Below, piece after piece: positions 1-8,928 of a stretch of DNA of 46,181 nucleotides (its first letter is position 1; every line of letters starts with the position of its first letter). Below the pieces are notes generated by a model. The model searched no databases and was not told the origin of the DNA. It saw nothing but the letters and a program-made list of their open reading frames with translations. This DNA is from Nitrospiraceae bacterium (lineage in GTDB: Bacteria; Nitrospirota; Nitrospiria; Nitrospirales; Nitrospiraceae), in the NCBI GenBank assembly GCA_035632555.1, contig DASQGO010000105.1, positions 1 to 46,181 on the forward strand. Reading direction: 5' to 3'. The position numbers and the translations under genes were made by a program.

Positions 1-1241
1 CCGCCTTCCCGATCCCACAGATTCGCGCTCAGGATTTGCACCGTCACCGTATCACCGGGGGCCAGTTTTTCGATCTCCTGCGGAATGTCGATCAGACAGT
101 TGGCCTTGACCATGGACGTGAGGATGCCGGAGCCCTGATCACCCGTCGTGCGCACCTTGAAGACGCCGCCTTCCCTGGTCAGGATGCCCCGCAGAAAATG
201 ACGGCGGTCGGTCCGCTTGGAGAACTTTTCCTGGAATTCCGCCTGCACCACCGGACGCCCGTAGCTGCGTTGCCCGCTCATTTTCAGCATGGCCGGCCTC
301 ACGAGCTGCTCGAACGTCACCATGGACGACACTGGATTGCCGGGCAGCCCGAATGCGAGCTTGCCTTGAATCTTGCCGAACGCCAGCGGCTGACCGGGAC
401 GGATCGCGAGCTTCCAAAAATGCATCTCCGCACCCAAATCCTTAAAGACCGCCTTCGTGAAATCGTAATCGCCCATCGATACGCCGCCCGACAGCACGAG
501 GATGTCGGCGTTCAGCCCGTGCATGATCTTTTCCTTCAACGCGGCCGGATTGTCCTTGGCGATGCCGAGCAGGAACGGAACTCCGCCCGCTTCCTGTACC
601 GCCGCGGCGATGCCCCAACTGTTCGAATTGATGATCTTCTCCTCGCTGAACCGCTCGTCGAGATCGGCCAGTTCGTCGCCGGTGGAGAGAATCGCCACAC
701 GCGGCCGCTGATAGACAAACACAAAGGACTTGGCCAGGATCGCCAGCATGCCGGCCTCGCCCGGGCGGATTTGCGCACCCTTGGCGATGATGCATTCGCC
801 CTTTTTGACGTCTTCGCCCTGCGGACGGATGTTCGAGCCGCGTGGCTCCGGCTTGAAGACCTTGACGGAATCCGGCGTAGGTTCGGTGTCTTCGACCTTG
901 AGCACGGTGTCGGCGCCCTTGGGCACCGGCGCGCCGGTCATGATGCGGATCGCCTGGCCCGGACCGACAGTCTTCGTGGCCATCTTGCCGGCCGGCACGT
1001 CTTCAATGACTTTCAGGACGACGGCCTTGCCGATCGCATGCTCCTGCTTGATATCCTCATACCGGACCGCGAACCCATCCATCGCGGAATTGTCCCACGG
1101 CGGATTGTCCCGCGCGGCCACGATATCCTCGCCGAGGACACGGCCCAACACTTCCAGCAGACCGATCTTCTCCAGCCCGAGCGGATGCACCGCGTCAAGC
1201 ACGATCTTCTGCGCGTCTTGTAAGGAAGTCAGGCCTTGCAT
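1..1241 (-). CDS. moeA: Molybdopterin molybdenumtransferase MoeA, partial (C-terminus lies beyond the window start, so it is absent from the ORF track)
   Basis: Own reverse-strand translation from ATG at 1241: MQGLTSLQDAQKIVLDAVHPLGLEKIGLLEVLGRVLGEDIVAARDNPPWDNSAMDGFAVR... MoeA hallmarks are present: PPWDNSAMDGFAV, ILSTGDEL, LSGGVSMGDYDF, GLPGNPVSS. The 36..1223 + ORF is its antisense shadow. Confidence 0.85.
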   Translation of the reverse strand, partial: MQGLTSLQDAQKIVLDAVHPLGLEKIGLLEVLGRVLGEDIVAARDNPPWDNSAMDGFAVRYEDIKQEHAIGKAVVLKVIEDVPAGKMATKTVGPGQAIRIMTGAPVPKGADTVLKVEDTEPTPDSVKVFKPEPRGSNIRPQGEDVKKGECIIAKGAQIRPGEAGMLAILAKSFVFVYQRPRVAILSTGDELADLDERFSEEKIINSNSWGIAAAVQEAGGVPFLLGIAKDNPAALKEKIMHGLNADILVLSGGVSMGDYDFTKAVFKDLGAEMHFWKLAIRPGQPLAFGKIQGKLAFGLPGNPVSSMVTFEQLVRPAMLKMSGQRSYGRPVVQAEFQEKFSKRTDRRHFLRGILTREGGVFKVRTTGDQGSGILTSMVKANCLIDIPQEIEKLAPGDTVTVQILSANLWDREG

Positions 1242-1247
1242 CGTTCG

Positions 1248-2216
1248 TCAGTGCTGGTGGCGCGGCCCCATCTTGATCAGCGAGCCGCTCTTTTTGCAGA
1301 ACGTTTCCACCTGGTTGGCGATATCATGATAGGCCTGCGCCGTCGCCGTGTCGGAATTGAATAGCGCATACGGTTCGCCGGCATCGCTCTGCAGGACCAC
1401 GTCGGGATCGAGCGGGACGCGGCCCAGGAACGGCGCACCCATGTCGTGCGCCGCGGCTTCGCCGCCCCCCTTACGGAAGACTTCGATGTGCTGGTGGCAG
1501 TGCGGGCAGTCGAGGCCGCTCATGTTCTCCACGATACCGATGATCGGCACCTGGCTGTCCCGGCAGAACGTGACCGACTTGCGCGAGTCGAGCAGCGCCA
1601 CTTCCTGCGGCGTCGTGACGATCACCGCGCCGCTCACCTTGCCGATCAGATCGATCGTCGTGACCGATTCGTTGCCGGTGCCGGGCGGCAGATCCACGAG
1701 CAGGAAATTCAAATCCTGCCATTCCACGCCGCCGAGCAATTGATTGATGAATTCGTATTTATACGCGTCGCGCCAGATGATGGGATCATCGGAATTCTGC
1801 AACAGAAACGACATGGACGCGATCTTCATGTTATAGGCCTGGTACGGAATGATGCCGCCCGACGTGCTGACCTTGAGCTTGTTGCCCTCGGCCCCGACCA
1901 TCTTGGGAATGTTCGGACCGTGGATGTCCATGTCGCAGATGCCAACGTGCCAGCCCTTGAGCGCGAGGCTCACGGCAAGATTCGTGGTGACCGTGCTCTT
2001 CCCCACCCCGCCCTTGTTGCTCATGACGAGGACGGTATACTCGATCCGCTCCAGCCGCTTGGCGACCAGCCACCGGCTGTGTCCTTCCTTGTCCTTCTGG
2101 CAGGTCTCGTTCTCGTCGCAGATGGCGCAGGCCCACAGATATGTGCAGACATCTCCGCTTCCACCGCCAGGGGATTGCACCACTTTCAGTTCTTTGGCCA
2201 CTCGCTGTCCTCCCAC
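1248..2216 (-). CDS. apbC: Mrp/ApbC/NBP35-family ATP-binding Fe-S cluster carrier
   Basis: Deviant Walker A VLVMSNKGGVGKST, a ParA/MinD-like core and a C-terminal CPHC motif. The N-terminus is Cys-rich (CTYLWACAICDENETC). GTG at 2201, preceded by GGGAGGA, may be the true start. Confidence 0.85.
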   Translation of the reverse strand: MGGQRVAKELKVVQSPGGGSGDVCTYLWACAICDENETCQKDKEGHSRWLVAKRLERIEYTVLVMSNKGGVGKSTVTTNLAVSLALKGWHVGICDMDIHGPNIPKMVGAEGNKLKVSTSGGIIPYQAYNMKIASMSFLLQNSDDPIIWRDAYKYEFINQLLGGVEWQDLNFLLVDLPPGTGNESVTTIDLIGKVSGAVIVTTPQEVALLDSRKSVTFCRDSQVPIIGIVENMSGLDCPHCHQHIEVFRKGGGEAAAHDMGAPFLGRVPLDPDVVLQSDAGEPYALFNSDTATAQAYHDIANQVETFCKKSGSLIKMGPRHQH

Positions 2217-2241
2217 TCGGAATATTGAAGATCAGTCCCGC

Positions 2242-2730
2242 TTACCGGTTGAACGACTTGGTCCCGGACACCTTCTCTACCGTGGTATGATCCAGTATCG
2301 GTCGAATCACTGCCAAGTTTTCCCTGGCTCCTTCCGGACTGCCGGGCAGGTTCACGATCAATGTTGTCCCGCGAATACCGGCTGTCCCACGCGAGAGCAT
2401 CGCAGTCTTGATCTTCTTCGAGCTCTCCAGCCTCATGGCTTCCGCAATACCGGGGATTTCTTTCTCGATCACGTCGCGCGTCGCTTCTGGCGCCCAATCC
2501 GTCGGCCGAATGCCCGTCCCGCCGACGGTCAGGACCACGTCAGGACTGTCCCCGTCGCAGAGCCTTTGCAGTCGCTCGCGAATCATCGCTCGATCATCAG
2601 AAACCGTCGCATACCCGACCATCTCTCCGGGCAGGCCTCTCACCATCTGCTCCAATGACTCCCGCCCCGCATCCTGCTCCTGCCCCGATGCAATCTTGCT
2701 GCTGATCACGACGATTGCGACGCGCAGCAT
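2242..2730 (-). CDS. mogA: Molybdenum cofactor biosynthesis protein MogA/MoaB family (molybdopterin adenylyltransferase)
   Basis: 162 aa with a MoCF_biosynth fold signature: VAIVVISS..., LTVGGTGIRPTD, GIRGTTLIVNLPGSP. Confidence 0.85.
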   Translation of the reverse strand: MLRVAIVVISSKIASGQEQDAGRESLEQMVRGLPGEMVGYATVSDDRAMIRERLQRLCDGDSPDVVLTVGGTGIRPTDWAPEATRDVIEKEIPGIAEAMRLESSKKIKTAMLSRGTAGIRGTTLIVNLPGSPEGARENLAVIRPILDHTTVEKVSGTKSFNR

Positions 2731-2733
2731 GAT

Positions 2734-3696
2734 CTACCTGCGCCGCCCCGAGCCGGGCACGCTCACATACGGATCGTCGCCCATCACCGGTGCGGTCGCA
2801 ATCGGCATGCGTGCCGCGACACCCGTGACATCCGGCTCCGACCCAGGTGCCGGCTTCCTTTTGAAGAACCCGGCACTGATAATACCGACTTCATAAAAGA
2901 TGTACATGGGCAGAGCCATCAAACACTGGTTGAACGGATCCGGCGTGGGCGTCAAGATCGCCGCGACGATGAACGCGCCCAGGAACGCCCACTTCCGGTA
3001 GCGTTTGAGAAACGGCGCATCCACCCAACCCAGCTTGGCCATCAACGTGATGACCAGCGGCACCTCGAAAATCAGCCCGAAGACCATCAGAAACCAGAGC
3101 GCAAAGCCAACGTATTGGGCGATGGAGAGCTGGGGGATAAAACCGGCGTTGACGCCATAGGAAATCAGAAAATTCAAGGCGAACGGGAGCACGAAAAAGA
3201 AGGAAAAACCGATGCCGGCATAAAATGCCAGGGTGCTCAACATGACGAACGGCCCCACGAAGCGCCGCTCCTGCGCATGCAGGCCCGGCACGACGAACTG
3301 CCACACTTCCCCCAGGATATAGGGCGTCGCCAACACAAGCGCAAACAGTCCGGCCACCTTGACGTTCTGCCACAACGCCTCGGCAGGCGCGAGAAAGACA
3401 AACGGCACGACCGGCAGATCGGTCGGCACCCACTGCAGCTTTCCCGGAATAAACGCGTTCTGGAGGGGAACCCTCAGCCATTGCACCAGCGCATCGGCAT
3501 AAAAGAACGTACCGACGAACACCGCCGCCACGACCAGCACCACGCGCGTGAGCCGGGCCTGGAGCTCCACCAGGTGCTCCATGACCGGCATTTTCCGGTC
3601 TTCCAGCGGTGTGAAGACCGAGTCTTGAAGCCACTTCTGAAAATCATTCCAGTCAGCCATTGGAATTTTTGAATCTGGTGGTTTGGCGAAGCTCAA
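2734..3696 (-). CDS. tatC: Twin-arginine translocase subunit TatC
   Basis: MEHLVELQARL N-terminal motif, six predicted TM segments and a typical TatC core. The start is uncertain: TTG 3696, ATG 3660, or ATG 3591 (MPVMEHL). There is a roughly 45-aa hydrophilic C-terminal tail. Confidence 0.85.
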   Translation of the reverse strand: MSFAKPPDSKIPMADWNDFQKWLQDSVFTPLEDRKMPVMEHLVELQARLTRVVLVVAAVFVGTFFYADALVQWLRVPLQNAFIPGKLQWVPTDLPVVPFVFLAPAEALWQNVKVAGLFALVLATPYILGEVWQFVVPGLHAQERRFVGPFVMLSTLAFYAGIGFSFFFVLPFALNFLISYGVNAGFIPQLSIAQYVGFALWFLMVFGLIFEVPLVITLMAKLGWVDAPFLKRYRKWAFLGAFIVAAILTPTPDPFNQCLMALPMYIFYEVGIISAGFFKRKPAPGSEPDVTGVAARMPIATAPVMGDDPYVSVPGSGRRR

Positions 3697-3729
3697 ATCC
3701 GCATCGCAGCATCACCGCTTCACTCTTTC

Positions 3730-5271
3730 CTATTTCGGATTCACCGCCACAAACAGCGTATTCCCCTGCCGGCTCAGCAGTAATACGACCATTTCCTCCT
3801 TCTTCACTTTCGCGGCTGCTTTCTTGTAGTCATCCAGACTCTTGACGACTTCGCGGTTGACCTCCTGAATCACGTCGCCCCGCTGGAGGCCCGCCGCTTC
3901 CGCCGCGCTCCCGGCCTCGACATGCTGAATGGCCACGCCGCTGGTCTTCGGCGAGATGTTCAACTGGCTGCGCATCGCTCCATCCAGCGCCTGTACCTTG
4001 AGCGAAGCCAGCACGTTGTCCGGAGGCTTTTCGGTGTCGGATGGCGCAGGAGAGGATCCGGCCGGCTCGCGCCGCGCCAGCATTTCATCCGACGGCCGTT
4101 CGCCGATCTTGACCACAATGACCTGCTCTTTGCCCTCGCGCAGCACCTTGACCTTGGCTGTGGTCCCGACCAGCGTGCGCGCCACCATGTTCCGCAACTG
4201 GCTGACGTTCTGGATTTCCTTGTCATTGAACGCCACCACAACATCGCCCCGCTTGACGCCGGCGGCGTGGGACGGCCCGTTTTCATTTACCTCGCTGATA
4301 AGCACCCCGCCCTTGCGTTGCTCCGGGAGCTTGAACGACTTGGCCAGATCCTTCGTGACCTCCTGAATTGCAATCCCCATCCAGCCACGGACCACCTTGC
4401 CCGTTTTGGTCAACGCTTCCGCAATATCGACCGCAATGCTGCTGGGAATGGCGAATCCGATGCCCTCCGACCCGCCGGTCCGCGAGAAAATCGCCGTATT
4501 GATCCCGATCAGATCGCCGTTCATGTTGACCAGCGCACCGCCTGAATTGCCCGGATTGATCGCCGCATCGGTCTGGATGAAATCCTCGTAATCGGCGATG
4601 CCGACGTTGCCGCGGCCGAGCGCACTGATGATGCCGAGCGTCACCGTCGAGCTCAATCCGAACGGGCTGCCGACTGCCAGAACTACATCGCCCACCTGGA
4701 GCTTGTCGTAATCGGCCCACTTGAGCGCCGGCAGATTGTCCGCCTCGATTTTTACGACTGCAAGATCGGTCTTGGGATCGGCTCCGATCAGCTTGGCCTG
4801 GAATTCCCGCTTGTCGCTCAGCGTGACGGTGATCTGCGAGGCATTGTCCACCACGTGATTGTTCGTAACGATATAGCCCTTGGTGTCAATGATGACGCCG
4901 GATCCCGCGCTCTGCTCCGGCCGTCCTGGGGGCCCCGGAGGCGGCGGGATAGGCGGCCCCGGCTCTTCACCGGGCGCGTCTTCTCCAGGAGGCCCGCCGA
5001 CCGGACCGGGTGGAAGCGGCGGCGGACGCCGGCCGCCGCGGCGGCCTTCATGGCTCCCTGTAACCGCAATGTTCACCACCGCCGGCGTGACCTTCTTGAC
5101 GATCTCGGAAAAACCCTGCGCCAACGCCGGCGGCACCGCAGCATCGGCCAATGATGGTACCGTCGCCTGCCACCATGCCCAACTGGCAAGCACCGCAACG
5201 GCGAGAAGAGGCAGCGCCAGTTTCATCACATTTTTCTTCCGAATCATGCCAAACCACTCGCGCATCCGCAT
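3730..5271 (-). CDS. htrA: Periplasmic serine endoprotease, DegP/HtrA (Do) family, two PDZ domains
   Basis: Signal peptide; catalytic motifs TNNHVV, D, GNSGGALVN; two PDZ-like C-terminal segments. GAGGA lies 9 nt upstream of the ATG. Confidence 0.9.
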   Translation of the reverse strand: MRMREWFGMIRKKNVMKLALPLLAVAVLASWAWWQATVPSLADAAVPPALAQGFSEIVKKVTPAVVNIAVTGSHEGRRGGRRPPPLPPGPVGGPPGEDAPGEEPGPPIPPPPGPPGRPEQSAGSGVIIDTKGYIVTNNHVVDNASQITVTLSDKREFQAKLIGADPKTDLAVVKIEADNLPALKWADYDKLQVGDVVLAVGSPFGLSSTVTLGIISALGRGNVGIADYEDFIQTDAAINPGNSGGALVNMNGDLIGINTAIFSRTGGSEGIGFAIPSSIAVDIAEALTKTGKVVRGWMGIAIQEVTKDLAKSFKLPEQRKGGVLISEVNENGPSHAAGVKRGDVVVAFNDKEIQNVSQLRNMVARTLVGTTAKVKVLREGKEQVIVVKIGERPSDEMLARREPAGSSPAPSDTEKPPDNVLASLKVQALDGAMRSQLNISPKTSGVAIQHVEAGSAAEAAGLQRGDVIQEVNREVVKSLDDYKKAAAKVKKEEMVVLLLSRQGNTLFVAVNPK

Positions 5272-5332
5272 AGAAGTGTCCTCAATTATATGAAGTGTTT
5301 AGGTTTCTCTTCCGCAGGATTAATGTATCTGC

Positions 5333-5362
5333 ATTCTACACCATCCCTGCACCTGGCTTCAA
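5333..5362 (-). promoter_or_regulatory. Candidate sigma70-type promoter for htrA
   Basis: Minus strand reads TTGAAG-N18-TAGAAT, about 60 nt upstream of the htrA ATG. Confidence 0.3.
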
Positions 5363-5690
5363 AGACAAACTCCCTTCCGAGGCGGGCAAAAGTCCGGTCC
5401 TCCATATGATCGGCACGACAGGTTTTCGCAAATGGGCTGGAGCCGGCCAAGTTCCGCCACGGCCTTTTCGCCTATTGCTTGCTGCGGGATTGAAGGGGGA
5501 AGCCGATGGCGACGTGACGCTCGGCAACTGGCTGTATTTATCAGACACGCCGTTCCGGTTGGCACCAAGAAGGATTTCAATCAGGAGCAGCAGCCCCTGT
5601 TCATCCCGCCTATTTCGCAGACCGGCAAATCCGCCGGACTGCCCTTGACGAAATCAGCCTCGCGATAACCTGCGGGATCCTAGAACGAGA

Positions 5691-5723
5691 AAAGGCGGAG
5701 AGGATTGCTCCCCTCCGCCTTTT
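5691..5723 (-). terminator. Intrinsic terminator-like hairpin downstream of the cytochrome c gene (A/T-flanked on both strands, so potentially bidirectional)
   Basis: AAAGGCGGAG-aggattgctccc-CTCCGCCTTT: GGCGGAG (5694-5700) pairs with CTCCGCC (5713-5719), with A-run/T-run flanks. It lies 25 nt past the stop at 5748. Confidence 0.55.
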
Positions 5724-5747
5724 GTGTGATCGAGATCGAGCGAACGA

Positions 5748-6203
5748 CTACTCGTCGCCGCCCTTCTTGCAGAAGCTCCGCTCGTAATTGATGATCGTCC
5801 AGGCTTCTTCCTCCGTGATCGTGCCCGGCGTGAGCGACACCATGCCGGTGCCGGCGCTGCCGTTCTTGATCACCCAGAAGAGCTCGCCGTCCTTCCGCTT
5901 CTTGTGGAATTTGCAATTCGTGAAGTTCCGTGGGCTCGGATTCAGGATTGCGCCGGCCGGGCCGTTCCCCTCGCCGGTCTTCCCGTGGCAGTTAAAACAG
6001 GTGCCCTTGCCCTCGAACAACGCCTTGCCCTTCGCGACATTTTCAGGCGTATTCGCGACCGGATTCTTCATCGCCTTGGCTTCTGCCATCTGATCCGGCG
6101 GAACCCGGGGCTTGAGCGGATCCCTTTCCTCGGCCATGGCCGTGGTGGCCACGACGAACATAAGTGCGGTCATGAGACCGACTGCCTTGAGATAACCCAT
6201 CAC
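5748..6203 (-). CDS. Class I mono-haem c-type cytochrome (periplasmic)
   Basis: Signal peptide, a single CFNCH haem-binding motif and a distal Met region. ATG at 6200 sits 7 nt after AAGGAGGAG and is the likelier start than GTG 6203. Confidence 0.8.
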   Translation of the reverse strand: MMGYLKAVGLMTALMFVVATTAMAEERDPLKPRVPPDQMAEAKAMKNPVANTPENVAKGKALFEGKGTCFNCHGKTGEGNGPAGAILNPSPRNFTNCKFHKKRKDGELFWVIKNGSAGTGMVSLTPGTITEEEAWTIINYERSFCKKGGDE

Positions 6204-6293
6204 TGCTCCTCCTTGTTAAAAACCACCTTCCAACGATGCGTGTCCGCAGCCTTGATTGGCGCCTGACCGTCCGTCGGGCGAAAAAATCGCGGC

Positions 6294-6323
6294 ACTATAG
6301 CAACGCCTTTGCGGCCTTGTCAA
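6294..6323 (-). promoter_or_regulatory. Candidate sigma70 promoter for the cytochrome c gene
   Basis: Minus strand reads TTGACA-N18-TATAGT (plus-strand ACTATA 6294-6299, TGTCAA 6318-6323). Confidence 0.45.
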
Positions 6324-6344
6324 GCAAACGGCGGGCCGCCCCGG

Positions 6345-7229
6345 TTATCGCGTCAGGACAATGTCACGGACAACCTTGCCCTTGGGCCCGAACGGCGCCA
6401 GCGGCTTGCCGTTCAATTCTCCGCGAATGCCTCCGGCATTGCCGATCGTCAGCGCGAATTTCTCCTGCGCCTTCCATGTCAGCCGGTCGCCCGGTCGCAA
6501 CAACGCCTCATGCGGGCTGGCATCATCCGTCTGGACCACCACCCAACTCAACTCCGACGCTTCGAGCGCCAGAACCATCCCTGCTTCCGTTGCCCCACCG
6601 CCGCCGTCAAACGGCAGACCTGCCAGCGGATCGCTCGTCGTCAATGGCGTCGGCAACGAGGCGGATTTGCTCGATTGGACCGGCGCAGGAACCGAAGGCG
6701 CGGAGGGTTGCGGCCTGGCCGCATGATCTGCCGGCGCGGTTTCGGCCTTGGCCCGGCGATCGGCCTCGCGTGCGGTTTTCACGCGGGATGCGTCGGACTC
6801 CGCCGGCCTCATGACCGACACCGACCCCTGCTCGCGCGTCAGCAGCAACACCAGCCCTAATACGGCAACGGCGGCTGCAGCGATCACGGCCTTGCGGTTG
6901 GCCTTGCGCTTGCGCTCGTCCTCCACTTGCTGCTGCCGCAGCCGTTCTCGCTCCTCATGCTTGTCGTAAAAGGTTCCGGCGGAGACCGCGAACCGGCGCA
7001 TGGCATCGTCTTCGTCCAGCCCCAATGAGCGCGCGTACGAACGCACGAAGCCCTTGGCAAACACCTGCTCAGGCAGCTTGGCAAAATTGGACTCCTCGAG
7101 CGCCTTGAGATACTCGGGGTGAATCCGGGTCTTGATGGCGACTTCGTCCAGCGTGAGCCCCTTGGTCTCACGGACCTGCCGGAAAAATTCGCCGACCGAT
7201 TCTTTGGTTTCTGCCGTCTGGGCTGTCAT
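6345..7229 (-). CDS. rodZ: RodZ-like cytoskeleton-associated protein (N-terminal HTH, TM segment, C-terminal DUF4115)
   Basis: VGEFFRQVRETKGLTLDEVAIKTRIHPEYLKALEE...FAKGFVRSYARSLGLD, a central TM segment (VIAAAAVAVLGLVLLL) and a C-terminal beta-rich domain. Confidence 0.8.
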   Translation of the reverse strand: MTAQTAETKESVGEFFRQVRETKGLTLDEVAIKTRIHPEYLKALEESNFAKLPEQVFAKGFVRSYARSLGLDEDDAMRRFAVSAGTFYDKHEERERLRQQQVEDERKRKANRKAVIAAAAVAVLGLVLLLTREQGSVSVMRPAESDASRVKTAREADRRAKAETAPADHAARPQPSAPSVPAPVQSSKSASLPTPLTTSDPLAGLPFDGGGGATEAGMVLALEASELSWVVVQTDDASPHEALLRPGDRLTWKAQEKFALTIGNAGGIRGELNGKPLAPFGPKGKVVRDIVLTR

Positions 7230-7924
7230 AATTTGAGCCGCTCCAGCAATGCTTTGGCCTCTGCGGAAACAGCCCCGCTTTTATCCCTGTCCAGCGACAC
7301 GGCGCGCGCCAACGCATCACGGGCTTTGCTGTCCTGCCCCATTTTGTAGTGCACGCGTCCCACTTCCAGGTACACAAGGGCCTGCGGCACGTTGGATGGA
7401 GTGACCTTCAACGCATCTTCGAACGCCTGCATCGCACCTTGCATATCCCCTTCCAGTTCCAAAACAAGACCAAGCTGATAATAGGCCACGTCGGGCGTCG
7501 AGTAGAGTGGGTAGCCCACCGCTTTCCGAAAGGCTCGGATCGCATCCTGACGCTGGTTCTGCTTGACGAACACCTGGCCGAGGAAGTTATAGGCTTCCGG
7601 ATAGTCCGGGTCGATGTCGAGCACCTCCCGGATTTCGGCTTCCGCCTGCTGGAACTTCTCCTGCATGGCGTAGATGAGCGCGATGTAATAATGCGCGTCG
7701 CGGTTCTTCGGATCCTCCTTCAGCGCCTTCTGGAAGAACACGTAGGCGCTTTGCTGATCGGTTTTGAAGACCGCGACCCCCTCCCCGACATGCCCCTGCG
7801 CCTTCTTGACCTGCTCCTGAGACGCGCTGCACCCGCCGCAGAGCAGCGCACCGAGGCACAGGCCGGCGATGCCCCACGACAGAACCGGACTCCGACGGAC
7901 GAGACGATGTTGGTCGAATTTCAC
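7226..7924 (-). CDS. TPR-repeat lipoprotein, PilW/PilF-like
   Basis: Lipobox LLCGGC and several TPR repeats. It sits directly upstream of rodZ, as in rlmN-pilW-rodZ arrangements. The GTG start overlaps the upstream stop (GTGA). Confidence 0.7.
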   Translation of the reverse strand: MKFDQHRLVRRSPVLSWGIAGLCLGALLCGGCSASQEQVKKAQGHVGEGVAVFKTDQQSAYVFFQKALKEDPKNRDAHYYIALIYAMQEKFQQAEAEIREVLDIDPDYPEAYNFLGQVFVKQNQRQDAIRAFRKAVGYPLYSTPDVAYYQLGLVLELEGDMQGAMQAFEDALKVTPSNVPQALVYLEVGRVHYKMGQDSKARDALARAVSLDRDKSGAVSAEAKALLERLKL

Positions 7925-8847
7925 CGTTGCACCTCTGTGACATCTTCAAAATGCGTCAGCCGCTTGAACTCACGAAACCGCGCTTCGATCTCTTTGTAAT
8001 CGAGGATTCGCAGCCGGTCAAGACTAAAGGCTTCCACGGTAAAGGAGGCCATCACGCTGCCGAAGATCACCGCCCGCCGGAAAGCGGCTTCGGACACGTT
8101 CCTCGTCGCCGCCAGATAGCCCACAAACCCTCCGGCAAACGTATCGCCGGCCCCTGTGGGATCCTTGGCCTGTTCCAGCGGAAAAGCCGGAGCGCCGAAC
8201 GTCTGCTTGTGATTGAACATCAGGACGCCATATTCCCCGCGCTTGACGATCAGATGCTTGGGCCCTCGGGCAAGGATCGTCCTGCCGACCTGCACCAGAC
8301 TCGAATGGCCGCCGAGGGCACGCGCTTCCGCATCGTTGACGATCAGCACGTCCACCTGCTCAAGCACCTTCCAGAGTGCATCGCGTTTGCGCTCGATCCA
8401 GAAGTTCATCGTATCACACGCGACCAGCGCCGGCCGCTTGACCTGGCGGAGCACGTCGAGCTGCAACTCCGGATCGATGTTGCCGAGAAACAGCATGGAC
8501 GGCGTCCGGTACGGCTCCGGAATCTTCGGGCGGAAGGTTTCGAACACGTTCAGCTTCGTATCCAGCGTGCGCGCCTCGTTCATCTGGTACGTGTATTCGC
8601 CCTCCCATCGGAAGGTCTTGCCGGGCCGGCGCTCCAATCCAGCCAGGTCAATCCCGCGGCTCTTGAGGAACGTCACGTGCCGATCGGGAAAATCTTCGCC
8701 GACAACCGCGAGCAAATCCACGCTCGTGAAATAGCTCGCCGCCGTCGAGAAATAGGTGGCGGACCCGCCCAAGACTTCCTCTGCCTGGCCGAACGGTGTA
8801 TGCACCGTATCCAATGCCACGGAACCGACCACCAAAAGCTTACCCAT
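7921..8847 (-). CDS. PfkB-family carbohydrate/nucleoside kinase
   Basis: Ribokinase-like fold motifs: N-terminal GSVALD and C-terminal DPTGAGDTFAGGF. Confidence 0.8.
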   Translation of the reverse strand: MGKLLVVGSVALDTVHTPFGQAEEVLGGSATYFSTAASYFTSVDLLAVVGEDFPDRHVTFLKSRGIDLAGLERRPGKTFRWEGEYTYQMNEARTLDTKLNVFETFRPKIPEPYRTPSMLFLGNIDPELQLDVLRQVKRPALVACDTMNFWIERKRDALWKVLEQVDVLIVNDAEARALGGHSSLVQVGRTILARGPKHLIVKRGEYGVLMFNHKQTFGAPAFPLEQAKDPTGAGDTFAGGFVGYLAATRNVSEAAFRRAVIFGSVMASFTVEAFSLDRLRILDYKEIEARFREFKRLTHFEDVTEVQR

Positions 8848-8928
8848 CTCTGGAATCCCCGTTAAATGCGGGCAGCAAAGAGCGACAGGTTGCCGGCCGA
8901 ACGGTATCCTGAACGCGCGGCTTACGCT

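Noticed and set aside
36-1223. Long ORFs antisense to recognised genes: 36..1223 +, 7927..8865 +, 8866..9978 +, 17188..18249 +, 20405..21817 -, 23073..24104 -, 25583..27139 -, 29298..30326 -, 33141..34133 -, 34901..36052 -, 36516..37616 -, 37570..38778 -, and the 5' part of 42758..44299 +.
   Set aside because: These are typical high-GC shadow ORFs. Their translations are Arg/His/Gly/Pro/Asp-rich and match no family I recognise. In every case the opposite strand encodes a clearly conserved protein (MoeA, PfkB, MTAP, TolA, the LpoA-like protein, TrpS, Pgk, the kinase, Obg, ProB/NadD, LapB, BioB, the ABC ATPase).
5378-5400. GAGGCGGGCAAAAGTCCGGTCCTCCATA resembles the RNase P RNA P4 motif GAGGAAAGTCCGGGCTCCATA.
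   Set aside because: The other universally conserved RNase P elements are absent from the gap: the ACAGAACCCGGCTTA 3' P4 strand and the GGTAAGGGTGAAAGGGTG/GGTAAGAGC region. The candidate 3' partner reads CCGGCAAA rather than CCGGCTT. This is most likely a chance partial match.
5449-5457. An exact sigma-E type -35 box GGAACTT on the minus strand upstream of htrA.
   Set aside because: The sequence 16 nt downstream is TTTGC, not TCAAA or TCTGA, and the site lies about 180 nt from the htrA start. A sigma70-like TTGAAG-N18-TAGAAT sits closer to the gene.
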